Shown here piece by piece: positions 25,601-37,220 of a stretch of 64,000 nt of DNA. Made by a program: the position numbers and the translations under genes. Origin of the DNA: Phallusia mammillata (lineage: Eukaryota). The notes under the pieces were generated by a model. That model did not search any database and had not been told where the DNA came from. It worked only from the letters and a program-made list of their open reading frames with translations. Position 1 is the first letter of the stretch. Each line of letters opens with the position of its first letter. Location: the NCBI GenBank assembly GCA_965637545.1, contig OZ281500.1, positions 2,108,001-2,172,000 on the forward strand, written 5' to 3'.

Positions 25601-26040
25601 AGTTCCTTGGCAACACGACGGCTGAGTACCGATGGTTTGCTGTACTTTATCTCATCAGCGTCTTTTTCGTCATCCCAATTATCCTCCTGGCACTCTCGAT
25701 TGCTGATCTCTGGGCTCTTCTTTCGGTCTTGATCCTTGTGGCTGTGATCGTGATCTTCATCGTAGCAACCAATCTTCTTCAGACGCACAAACCACAGTGG
25801 CTTCCCGCATCCATGAGGACGTGGGAGTTTCTTCCTCTTCCTTTGCGATCTCTCAAGCCGTACGATCGCATCATGACTAAGTATCTTCTCTGCAAATGCT
25901 GCTGCAAGGACGCCGTTGCCGACGATGACGTAGAAAGTGTTGAATCGTCAGTTTCTTCTTCACCGCCTTCTTACACCACGGCGGCGGCGGAAAACATGGC
26001 GTTTGATACCAGCGAGTTTACCAACACAACAGCGCTTTGA
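22655..26040 (+). CDS. SLC34A: Type II Na+/phosphate cotransporter (NaPi-II), paralog 2, ~633 aa, 10 exons
   Basis: Exons 22655-22703, 22768-22848, 23097-23243, 23394-23540, 23721-23832, 23905-24064, 24134-24238, 24519-24669, 25021-25230, 25301-26040 (1902 nt). Same exon phases and motifs as paralog 1; ends TTAL. Confidence 0.96.
24705..24933. mobile_element. hAT-like MITE in SLC34-2 intron 8
   Basis: CAGGGGATCTCAACCT / AGTTTGAGAAGCCCTG termini, GCGACCC subterminal motifs; TSD not matched. Confidence 0.65.
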
Positions 26041-29000
26041 TTTACTTTTGTTCAAGCCACGAAAACCTGAAATACCTGCACTGAGTTTCCTCAGCCAGTG
26101 AACTTGATGTGTTCGGTTTGGAAAGCCGAAACTTAGGCCTTCATAGTGGGATGCTTGTTTATCTAGTTATACCTTTTGCATTCATATGTTAACACTTGGT
26201 TTCTTTACGTTTGTAAGTTAGTTATTATTTGCGGTATAACGTTACTTTGACTCCAAAAGTGGACAGCATGGTGCCTACTTTACCAATACAGTCAAAAAAT
26301 CGTGAATGTGTTAGTGTGTGTAGCCTTTAGAAGTGCTAAACAAATGCTGCAATACCTTGTGGCTACGTGCTGTTAGGAACAACCTCAACAAAGGCGATCG
26401 AAAAAATTCGTTGCATAATTCTTATCTCCATATTTCCGTCACCACCTTATCTGTTCCGGTAAACACAGGCAGACGGCTGATGTGGGTAACAAATGATCCT
26501 TCTCATAGGGTTAACCAAACAGCTATGACTGGCAAAATGCTTTACCTTTTGACGCCGGGTTAATGTCGCTGTGGCCGCAACACGTTAAGAGAAGTTGCCG
26601 CTGTTATCGCGACACTTTGACCCATTTAAGCAAACAACACTTGAAGTGCTAATAATAAGCTGTTCCTGCAAGCTATGCTGTATTAACAGTTGTTTCCCTT
26701 CAAACAGATTTTTATTGTCAATTAACCGGAATTTTGACATCACGAGAGGCATCTTTATGACATATTGAACTTTGTACTTTACGTATGGGACGCCGAAACG
26801 TCGGGTAAATTACAATAAAAATATGCTTGAAGAGCAACGATTGTATAGTCGAATAACCGTTTAGATTAGAACGACAAATTACGAGCAAAAATTGAAACCT
26901 TTACCACCAACCTGCGAAAAAAAAGTAATTTTATTCCATAACGCAAGTAAGGTCTAGTTTTTCGCTGAACAAGTAGTAAATTGAACTTAGTTCTGGCCTA
27001 TTGTATTTTACAAATTTAGTACACAAATCTGATTTAGTCTATAACAATGTTGTAATATATAAACCAATATATTGTTGTGAAACATTTAAGATTGTTTGGA
27101 TCTCCTAATCGCCGATGACTAATGCAATTAAACAGCCCGATTCAAAGTACAGCGACCCGTCTAGTCAGGGGGCTGTGCAGGGTACACACAGTTGGTGAAT
27201 ATAACCACTAACAATAACTTGCTTGTATTTTAGTCGAATGTGAGCCAATAATTAACTGCGAATTGATGTCGACCTACTGACGCAACCGTGTTCGGACTTC
27301 AAACGGGATAAACATCGCTATGTGGGAAATACACATCACAAATGTGTACAACGGGTTCAAATTCTGTGCAGGGCAATTGGTCAGCTTACACAAACACTTC
27401 ATAACACATCATGGGTTAAAGTGCCCAGGACAAGATCATGAAATCAAGACCTCGACCAGTGCACGTATTTACTTCGATCCCCTTTTTTGCGTTATCGGTT
27501 TGCATGATGTTTAAAACAAGTCGGTCATCAAACTGTCCCATTTCTATAGTCTGATGCATTATACTTTAATATTTTTGTGGGGCTTGGTAAAATTAGTGGC
27601 TTCTATTAGTTTAACGTTAACCCATAAGGCTCCGCCGGATTGTAGCAATGATTGCACAAACAATGGAAAAGGGATTAGAACGCGCGACCTTGTAAACACA
27701 AAGCTGGCCAAAGCTGGTATTTGGCAACAAACATGAACAAAAAAGCAGTGATATTGTACTTGAAGAAAACAAACTTTGGTGTAAAATTTCCTTTGGTGTA
27801 ATGACCGGAAAGCACACGATGAAACGTTGGGGAATTGGAAAACTTTAAATGTTGATCCAAGCACAATTTACTTAAAGTGATAAATTTTACAGCTAAAAAA
27901 AAATATTGCCTTTGAACAAGTAGAAATGTAAAGTGCATTCCTGAGGCAAAACTCGCCCACATGAGGCAATTAGACGTAACAAGCGTTTTGTTTGATTCTT
28001 GCGGTTTGCAGTTAGGTTAGCAAAGTTCTACCCGGCGAATAACAGTTAAGTTTGGTGCACATTGGTATAATGAATCAGGCAGAAGTTTTGCATTAGGAGT
28101 AAATTATTTAACACATTCAAATTGCGAAACTTTTCCGTTTCCGTTTTCCGTTGTAAATTTCTCTCTCATTTTTTTTGTTACTTGGATATATCATGGGTAA
28201 CCAACATAAACTTGCAATTAAGGTTCGCTTTACCTCTGTGTGACAAATTGTTTTAAATCAACTGTTACAGGAATAGAAATAAAGAAAAAGTTATAAAGTA
28301 AGTTTTGATTTATAAGTAATTATTACCGGCATATAATTAATTTAAACTTTTTATATTCCCGGGTGGGTCGATTTTGTGCTGACCAATAATGACTGCATGC
28401 ACATATTATCGCTGTGAATATATTTCAGCCATAGTGCAGAATCCAGCCATGTTGCAGACCAACGATAGCGACTCGCATAAAATGAGCTTGAAACGCTTAT
28501 TACTTTTTCGTTCTGCGATTTACTCCAAGCGTTATAACGCTTTGAAAGCTGAATCGTGGGTTAACTACTTTTTTAAACTACGCTCTGATGCTCTGTAATG
28601 GTTTGAAGACAAAGTTTCGATTTGGAACCAACGTAAACCCCAGTCCATCATGGAATTACATTAACAATTTAAAAATCGCAAAACATTTGCTCATCTTTAT
28701 TACTTTTAAACCGAAGTATAAGTTTTGTAAGTCACGATAACAATGGTGTTTTTGCTCTTTAGCATCATTTAGCGGTTGTATTGACACTGTTCGATTTTTG
28801 GAAATCCCAAACATCAATATTTAAATGACACCTTTTGTTTCACAACAACAAACGAAACCTTTGAAATGTGGTAATTTGGATAGGACGCTCCCGGGGACGA
28901 ATCCCGATCAGTTTTTTTTTATGTCTTTATATGGGCCAGGCACGCCGGACCATTCGGCAAAGTTCCTGCCCCTACATTTGTATCTTTGTAGTAAGAGCGG

Positions 29001-29290
29001 GGAATTCATTCCAGTGCCTCTTGTGTCCCTTTATTGAATAAGCGCATTTAACCTTTTCGAACAAAACCGATACTTTTTGTTTTTGCGTTCTGGCCATTAA
29101 TTTTTGTGGTCGTCACTGTAAAGCTTTAATCATGCTTCTATTTTTTTTATGTCCCACACAACTGTACAAGTACTTTCTATTCTTACATTGCTACATAAAA
29201 CTAGTATTGCTTTACTAGGTTTAATGAAAAAGCCATGAAATATACGAATGTACGATACAGTTCCATTCAAACACGGCCGGAAAATAACTA

Positions 29291-29500
29291 ACACGGAGTT
29301 TCACGGAAATAATAAACACCACAGTGTTTCACAAAAAATTAAAGACACAGTGTTTTGCAACAATCAGCAACCACAGCGTTTTAGGAAATAATAAGCCCAG
29401 TATTTAAAAAAACAAGCAATGTCACAGTGTTTCCAAACATATTAAACGCCACAGCGTTTCACAAAAATAAAAGTCACAGTGTTTCACACAAAAAATAAAG
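29291..29500. repeat. ~26-bp degenerate minisatellite (8 copies, core CACAG(T/C)GTTT) immediately after the connexin-1 stop codon
   Basis: Cores near 29292, 29320, 29345, 29371, 29397, 29423, 29449 and 29474. Confidence 0.8.
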
Positions 29501-29504
29501 ATTT

Positions 29505-30962
29505 CTAAACAAGATCAGCCTCATCGGAATGTTGGGACACTGATTCCCTTTGTGTCTCCTCCGATGAGGATCCATCGTCTCCTCCTCCATCCGAATCACA
29601 TCCATCCGACTCCGAGAAGGATATCTTCCCCATCTTGTAGAGAGGAACGTACTGGGTCCTGGCTACTTTTCGGGGTCGGTTAAGAGACTGAGTCCCTGAT
29701 GGAACAAGAAAGCGGGTACGAACTCCTGAGGACTTTCTCCTGCGAGGTTCGATCTTCTCATGCGCCTCCTGCCATCTCTTCTTGGCGGGTGCAGCATCTT
29801 TTGTTTCTGGAGCACGTTCCTGTTGCATCTTAGGTGGCTCTTCTACCGGTTTTGGTGCAGGAGGTTGCGGTGCCTGCTTGGGACTTGTATCAACCGGCAA
29901 ACTGGATACAATAGTTGGGGATGAAACAGCCGGTTTCAGTTGTGTTGATTCAACAGCTGCTTGTGGGCCATAATAACCCGATGTTGGTGGATAATACTCG
30001 GTAGTTGGGACCGGTTTCTTGTAATCTGGATTCTCTTCATCTTTCTTTCTCTTCTTCTTGCCGAACCCGATCGCGCCTTTAGCGATAAGATGAATCATCT
30101 CGATAATGCACAGAATCAAACACAGCACACCAAGGGTGTTCATGTACCTGAGGAAAATCGTCTTTTCCCACGGCCTGGAAACCCAACAAGGAACATAGGC
30201 ATTATCGTTGCCAGGCAACATATGCTGACCGCAAGCCCAGCGCACACTGTCGCCTCCACAACGATAAAGTTGAGGAACTCGAATCCAGAAGAGATCGAAG
30301 ATAGAACCGACTCGCCTCCCGTCGGACACGATTCGGCCGTCGTTAGGCACATTCGGGTACTCAGCGAACCGGAACAGGTCGTAGGCGAGAACTAGGAACA
30401 CTATCTCAACTATGATCCTCACTATCACAGAGCAGAAGTAAGCAAGTCTTATGCCTCGTGTTAATGTTATTTCCTCAAGTTTATCTTTGTTATAAACGTC
30501 CTTGTGTTTCTGTTTTCCAATTCTTCGTTTCTTCCGCTGTAAGCGTTGAGCGAGAGTACTACCTGGGACGTTGCTAAGCACATGATCCCAGCGGTCCTGA
30601 GCCGCAGCAGAAGCTTCTTCTTCTTCTTTCGCTTTTGCTTCTAGTATTTTTAACTTCTCAACTTTGGCGTTGACGTACACTGTGTAGAAATGGAATATCA
30701 CAGCGGGCGTGGCAAGAGCAAGGATCTGAAACGACCAGAACCGTATGTGGGAGATCTTAGCGAACTTGTCGTAGCAAACGTTTTCGCAGCCGATCACTTT
30801 TGTGCTGCATCGAAACGCTGACTGTTCGTCGCTGTAAACTTGTGAGCCGATTGATGCGACGACGATCATACGAAACAGAAAGACACAGAGATACCATAGT
30901 TGCCCACTCAAAGTGCTGTACAGATTAACCTGCTCGGAGATTGTTTTAAACACGTCCCACAT
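29505..30962 (-). CDS. Connexin (gap-junction protein), 485 aa, single coding exon
   Basis: Four TM segments; E1 C-X6-C-X3-C (CSTKVIGCENVC), DEQSAF, SHIRFW, CWVSRPWEKTIF; long Pro/Ser/acidic tail. Confidence 0.95.
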   Translation of the reverse strand: MWDVFKTISEQVNLYSTLSGQLWYLCVFLFRMIVVASIGSQVYSDEQSAFRCSTKVIGCENVCYDKFAKISHIRFWSFQILALATPAVIFHFYTVYVNAKVEKLKILEAKAKEEEEASAAAQDRWDHVLSNVPGSTLAQRLQRKKRRIGKQKHKDVYNKDKLEEITLTRGIRLAYFCSVIVRIIVEIVFLVLAYDLFRFAEYPNVPNDGRIVSDGRRVGSIFDLFWIRVPQLYRCGGDSVRWACGQHMLPGNDNAYVPCWVSRPWEKTIFLRYMNTLGVLCLILCIIEMIHLIAKGAIGFGKKKRKKDEENPDYKKPVPTTEYYPPTSGYYGPQAAVESTQLKPAVSSPTIVSSLPVDTSPKQAPQPPAPKPVEEPPKMQQERAPETKDAAPAKKRWQEAHEKIEPRRRKSSGVRTRFLVPSGTQSLNRPRKVARTQYVPLYKMGKISFSESDGCDSDGGGDDGSSSEETQRESVSQHSDEADLV

Positions 30963-31321
30963 CTTCCCTAATCCCTACGTGATGCAACTTCCTAAAACGC
31001 AAGAGTCGTTTATTATAAAATATAACTTATCATAAATAAAAGTTGTTTCCGCTGCTACTTGTGTTTGCTTGTAAGTCAAAATACCTCACTAAAATCCAAC
31101 ATTTTTCTACGCTCCGGTTTTCTTTTCTTTTAGTTAATAATACTGAGTAAATATGCGCAAAAAAGTTTAATTTTTTATATCAACGTGATTTAATATTTAA
31201 CTTCCACACACGGTTCTGTAGCCATTACAATCATCAGGAACGATTAGGTCGCTATTAAACAATGGCAACAAACAACACAGAGGTCGAATCGCGTCACCTC
31301 TGTTACGCAATACAAAGCCCA

Positions 31322-31333
31322 GGTCACGTGACC
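31322..31333. promoter_or_regulatory. Palindromic E-box GGTCACGTGACC (bHLH-ZIP/CLEAR-type) upstream of connexin 1
   Basis: Perfect 12-bp palindrome ~360 bp 5' of the ATG; function untested. Confidence 0.35.
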
Positions 31334-32031
31334 CTTGTTTGGAATTTAGCCAAGAAGCGAGGAATTCTATTATGGTGAAAACTCGACGCTTCGCCGGGGG
31401 GTTTAATTGTCGCCTGTGACGAAACAATGATATTGAGACGGGATCAGGATTCGTGTTCGAGTAATCGAGAGTTTATCGCCACGAAATCGCGAAATCGATT
31501 GTTTAACATTCTCATTACTTTGTTTGTTTCATAAAGACGAGATGTTACGTATGTTCATCACATTATGCCGCAGATTACACGACAACTTACGTGGATAATT
31601 TTGCAAAAGTGAAACATCTTCTGTTTTGAGCTGAACACAATAATTCTGTGACAAAAATTGGGGTTCACTCAAGGTCGTTTTATGTGGTTTGGGAAAATGT
31701 TGTTTTTTTTCGGCTCGTCCACACCCGGGTGCGAATTTTAAACAGCTTTTTTGGCGTAAAAGTCAAACTCTTTACTTCATTTGCTTAGGTGCTTAAATTT
31801 TAGTAACGCATGTGTTTTTTATGTATCAGTCATTGGATTTCAACTTGAATTTCCTCTTATGACACGAATACTTGACAGAAAAACAGTTAAACGATTACGC
31901 GGTGTCTTGTACACATACACATCAGAACTGAATAACAGCAATTCACTTTATTTTGCCGAAACCTATCATCTCTACTTTTTACTTTAATCAATAAGATATT
32001 GCAATTTGTTCAGTTCACAAGATTGTGCTTT

Positions 32032-33281
32032 TCACCCGTGGTATTTTCTTCGTCCTTTGGTTCTTAATGACGATTTCGTCCTGTTCAATTCCTTTGGTTC
32101 TTGGACCACTGAAGAACACCGCAGTCGCACAAATTGTTGGTTGTGACGTGAAATATAACTTTTCTTTAATTTTCTTTTCCTGCGTCGGGCGACGCAAAAT
32201 TTTATTACGAAGTACGTGGACTCAAAAAACGCCAGGAGCAAGCAGATCTGGTAGAAAAACAACAAAATTATTGATAAAATCACGAAATAAAAAAAACTAT
32301 GTTCTATATTGTTTCAATGTAATCAACCGGTTATGTTAGGGTTTTATACGTAGGAGATTTCAAATTCTGCCGACAGAAAATCAGCAGTTGTAGAAATTGA
32401 CTCTGTATTTTAAGAATTGAAATCTGTCCCGTTATACAACTGAAACAGGCTTTGTCCAATTGTGGGCTCATATTAAAATAACATTACATCGTGTTTTGAT
32501 GGCTTACCATGCTCATAATGCTCATGTATCGCAGAAACACGGTCTTCTCCCACGGCCTCGAGACCCAACATGGAACAAAACTGTTTTCCCCGTTCAACAG
32601 ATGCTGCTCACATGCCAAGTTTACATCGTCTCCTCTGCAAGCGTAAAAACGGGGAACCTCCGCCCAAAGTACATCCCACAAGATAAACTGTCTCGGTAAA
32701 TTAGATTGCTGGGTTTTTACTTTTCCAAACAACTCATATGCGAGGTAAAGAAAAGTCAGTTCGACGAGAAAGCGAAATACCGATGCTACGAAGTAGGCAA
32801 GCTCAATACGTTTTGTCAGCACAATTTCTTTTGGACCATAGTCGGTGTAAATGGTTTTTCTTTTGTAGACTTTTCCACGCCTGGAGCTGGTGGGTTTGCA
32901 GCGTGTCCTGCTGTTTGATCTTGATTTTCTGCCGTTTCCCAATCTCGATTTGAGGCCATTTCTGTCGGGGCCGAACTCTGAGAACTGTCCTTTTTCGTGA
33001 AGCGCGAAAAGATGGAACAAAACCACAGGAAAATTGAGGCCAAGAAGTTGGAAAGCCCAGAAACGTAGGTGGGATATCTTGGAGAATTGGTCAAAACAAA
33101 CTGTCTGACATCCAAGTGCAACCGTGCTGCATTTAAACTGACTTTGTTCGTCGTTGTAAACAGCTCCACCTATCGACATCACCGCAACAAATCGGAATAT
33201 GTAGACGAACACGTACCAAAGTTTACCAGCAATAGTGCTATGTAGGGTTGCTTCCTCAGAAAAGCTTGACAAGCCCCACAT
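32032..33281 (-). CDS. Connexin, ~329 aa, two coding exons
   Basis: Exon 1 33281-32508 (donor GTAAGC), exon 2 32247-32032 (acceptor CAG). Splicing gives RYMSIMSM|ICLLLAFFE, aligning with connexin-1 RYMNTLGVLCLILCIIE. E1 is CSTVALGCQTVC. Confidence 0.92.
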
Positions 33282-35285
33282 GGCAAAGGTTAGTGGTTCA
33301 AATCATGCGATAAAACTCTGTAAAATATAATTTTTCTTTACGGTAACATAGGACACAAGAGTTGTAAGCGGATCCAAAATTCAAACCCGAATCCAGGCCG
33401 AACCAGAATCGTTTAAAAAAGTGGTATAAGCACGCAAATTTGATTGACATGCCTTATAACACTTGAATTACCTAAAGTTTCGATAGTAAGCTTGTATCTA
33501 TAACGTCCTAACACTAAACTGATTTAAAAAAACACCTGTCGAGGTAATAAAGCTCCTGCTTTCTGCTTCGCACTGCCGTGCCTTGGTCCGCAATCTGGTA
33601 ATGTATTTTTAATACCTCATTATATGTCAGGTCGCGAGCCCATGCCATATCTCTTTGCTTGGTAAAACAATAACACATGTTCTTCGATGTTATAGGGTTA
33701 AGTGATATGCGATATCGGTATAGGTAGTAAAGGGCAAACAAAAACAAAGAAACATTTCCTAAACACCTTCCTCATTGCTATTTTTGAGTTAACGGTTATT
33801 TGGTGTTATTTTTACATTTTGTGGCCAAGCGAAATATTTTTGTGCTTTAAGTACGGTCAACATGGCATTTTCTCAACTTAACAAAATTGCACAAGCCTTT
33901 AAGGGTCCAAACTCCTTTAATCTGCTAAACCAGTTTTAGCGCCAACGATGGTCAAGGTATTTAACTATTGTTTGTGCCGGTTTTAAACAAAGAAGTAATT
34001 TACCGGTTCGTCATTTTTTTAATGCACAAGATTAATCTAAAATCAGAATGTTATCGCTCGGATTAAAAACAAATCAACTCGAAAGATTAAACAAATTTAC
34101 CGCCGCAGTTTGCTTTTTGTACTTTTTTTGTTATTGAGTATAAGTATCAGCAAAGACACCAAAAAACATGGGTTATCAAATCAAGTGTCATGTTATTTGA
34201 ATAATTCTTGAACTGTACTAGATATGTTCTGCCGTATCGCAACCGATACAGCCGGTTGTATGTGACGATGGATAAACGCACGACAAAACCCGTCTAAACG
34301 GAAACATCTGAAAGGCGCTTTTTCAGAACGTTTCGCATGACTGATTGGTGTTACTTTGTGGCCTCACACAGGTGAAATGCTTTGTTAATACGAAAAAAAA
34401 ACGAATACGAAAGACAAAGGTTCATGAGTGGCTGGCCAGTAAAATTTTAAGCTAAGCCTTATTTAGACCCGAATTTCGTGGGAATTGCAGCACAAATGAT
34501 GAGTGTAAAATCTCTGGAAGACGTCTCTGGACCTTGTTCGAACATTAGTCATGTCAAGATGTCCGTCATTTGTATGAAACATAGAGAAATAAGATGATTT
34601 TCCCGGAATCCAGCTACAATTTTGTTCACCCGACACATCAAACACTTTGTACATAACATATAGCTCTATGGCAAAGAAAAACTTTCTCTACAAAGTGCCC
34701 TCCGCACCAATGTCGTGTTAAGTTCGCCTACCTCCTGAGCGGGACAGTTGAAAGGAAATCTAATGAGCGCAAACACTGAAACATCCCGCAAAATTGTTAC
34801 GTAACAATAGGGTTTCCTGTCGACACAATAAGCTCGATGACGAGAGAAAACATTTCGAATTTCGTTTATCGAGACAGTTGGCGAACTAATTTGTAACAAG
34901 AACTCCTTGTCGAAAAAGGGACATGTCACTCAATACGTACGAGAAATGAGAAGTTCTGTTGTTGTTTTACCCTGGGCTGGGCTAGTCTGACTTCTCAGAC
35001 GACCAAGCAGATATATTTGAGTCAGATATTGTTGGAGATGGGTTTTAAGGCTAAATAACTTCAGCTTAATCAGCAGCAAAAAAAAGCAAGACCTAATTTT
35101 GAAATTCAAACCCAGAAATCACAGTACATCAGGCCTATTGAAGGCGTAACACCAAATCAGCCAGTCGCCAAGCAGTCCCACATACGACCTACTCAGACGC
35201 TTCAGGGCTAATCCCAGTGTTGAAACTATGTTCATCTTAACCAGAAGTGTTGGTGTTTGTTATTTTGCAGTTTTAAAGTGAAAAG

Positions 35286-37220
35286 ATGAAACTGGTGACA
35301 CTACTGGTTCTGTTATTATCCGTTTTGGTCGTTGGAACTCAAGCACGCCGCGCAAAATCGAGAAATGGGGCAATAAACAACAGATCCCCAAGCGAGTTTC
35401 GGGGTGTAAGTTTGGTTGCAAGGCTTGACGAAGCGGGACAAGTTTTGGAACAACGAGAAACAACCGAAAACACTGTTAACGCCCTTGATCATGTCAATGG
35501 GCCACGTGATGATACTCAACCCAAACGATCACGTCCTAAACAAAAAGGTAGGTAAATGTTTGTTTTTTGATTCAAATCATCGTGTTTGAATTGAAATTTT
35601 ATCAAGTCAGTCACATCAGTAACATAAATACTCTTAAACCACTCAAACACATACCTATTCGTGGGTTTAAAATAAAGCTTTTCCAACCTTACAGATTAGG
35701 TAACAATAGCTCAGAAAATTACTAAATTACCACAAACAAAAGATTTTGGTTCCTATTAAAAATTTAAATTCTGAACTTTTCCGTGACATATTCGCAGGCA
35801 AAAAACACCACCATCGTAAAGAGAAGTTGGCCGAAGCAGAAGATGCAGAACGGCGGGTTCGGGATGGTTCATGGTTCTACTGCGATAACAATCAAGTCCC
35901 GAGGGCAGTGGAAGATGTTATGGACGAGGGAAGAGACAGAGGACTGATGTGCAGCCGAGAATATCCAACACACACCTGCTGTGCTGAGAACGACCTCACC
36001 ATCGAACTGATCAGCTCTAGGGTAGGTTGATTGTTCACATGAATTAGTGTAAGGTTTAACGAATTGATTTTGCTCACTGAAAAAATCGCAACAGAAGTAA
36101 TTGGTGCTTATGGTAAGATAAGGTGTAAATCCATACTGGGATCAGAAGCGTCTATGGCAGTGATTCCCAAACTATGCGCAGCGGCACACTTGAGATGTCA
36201 TTAGGTGTGCCGCAAAAAATATTGAAATTAAAATCAATCAAGTAGAGTAGTAGTACCAGGTGCTTAGACCACTATAGGCCAACATGCTCCACGTCTCTGA
36301 GATGTTCAACTAGGCTATTTAACTATGAGAGTGACCTGTATAGCGGCTTTATGACCTCATAGTTACTGCCTTTGTCAGCTAATTTGCTGTGCCATTTTAA
36401 ACTGTTGTTCATGAGGAAATGTTCAAAGCGCGCCAAATAATTTTTGTTTTTTTCTAAAATGCGCCTTACAAGAAAAAAGTTTGGGAACCACTGGTCTATG
36501 TTTATGCAAACCAGCGATCACGGCACACTCATATAGAAATTGTAGTACACCAGGCCTAATAAAGGCGTTATATCGCATCTTGTCAAGATGTTACGTAAAA
36601 GGGACACATGTTTTTAAGCGTTTTTAAAACCATTCGTCCTATCAAACTTGCAAAGTTAGATTTTGCTCATAAACGTAAATAATAATAAAAATATTTTATA
36701 CAACTGCTTTTGCACAAATTTACATGCGTAATGAAAGTGTCGTTTTATGTATTATACCTCTTAGTAGCCTACACTGATTTTCAAATTGACCGCTTTATTA
36801 GATTGTGGAACAAATCTCTGATCTCCACTGTGCTCGGATGATGATGAAGTTAAGATGCGCTCACTGTTCTCCAAGATCGTGGTGGCTCTTCCACGCCCCG
36901 GATCGAGTACGAGACGCTCATCCCCGAAGCATGCCTATCCTGTGCCCCAAGTTTTGCCGCAAGTTTCACGATGCTTGCAGAAATTCAGTGGCAGGTACGG
37001 ACGCGTTTTGTCACTAGATCGGACAAGATAGTTAAATCAAAATCACACTGGTTTTCTTTACTACAGACAATAAAATTTGCCTGTTGATAAATTCTTCAAC
37101 TTGCTTAAAATATTCTGTAATTTAGGTTTGAACAATGACAACTATTGCGATTATCATACCACAAGAGCAGATGGACCGTGTTTCCCAGATTACGAAATAA
37201 GAAGAGGAACAATCGACTAA
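35286..37220 (+). CDS. Secreted protein, 257 aa: signal peptide + basic linker + HHIP-type N-terminal cysteine-rich (folate-receptor-like) domain only
   Basis: Exons 35286-35547, 35798-36021, 36802-36994, 37126-37220 (774 nt). Twelve Cys in HHIP-N spacing (CSREYPTHTCC, CARMMMKLRCAHCSP, CPKFCRKFHDAC, CDYHTTRADGPCFPDY). AATAAA at 37527-37532. Confidence 0.85.
36158..36493. mobile_element. hAT MITE in intron 2 of the HHIP-like gene
   Basis: CAGTGATTCCCAAACT / AGTTTGGGAACCACTG termini; TSD GTCTATGG/GTCTATGT. Confidence 0.88.

Noticed and set aside
26770-26830. CGCCGAAACGTCGG...AATAAA resembling a Penelope-like element 3' end
   Set aside because: Too short, with no associated RT/GIY-YIG remnant to support a call.
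27559-27962. Overlapping 66-101 aa ORFs in the SLC34-connexin intergenic region
   Set aside because: No motif, no convincing splice sites, and several frames open as expected by chance.
29291-29500. CAGTGTT (miR-200a/141 seed match) in the connexin 3' repeat
   Set aside because: The match is on the plus strand whereas the connexin mRNA is minus strand.
34463-34929. Two adjacent minus-strand ORFs that a 44-nt GT-AG intron would join in frame
   Set aside because: No ATG or good upstream acceptor, intron shorter than any other here, no recognisable domain; needs RNA-seq.
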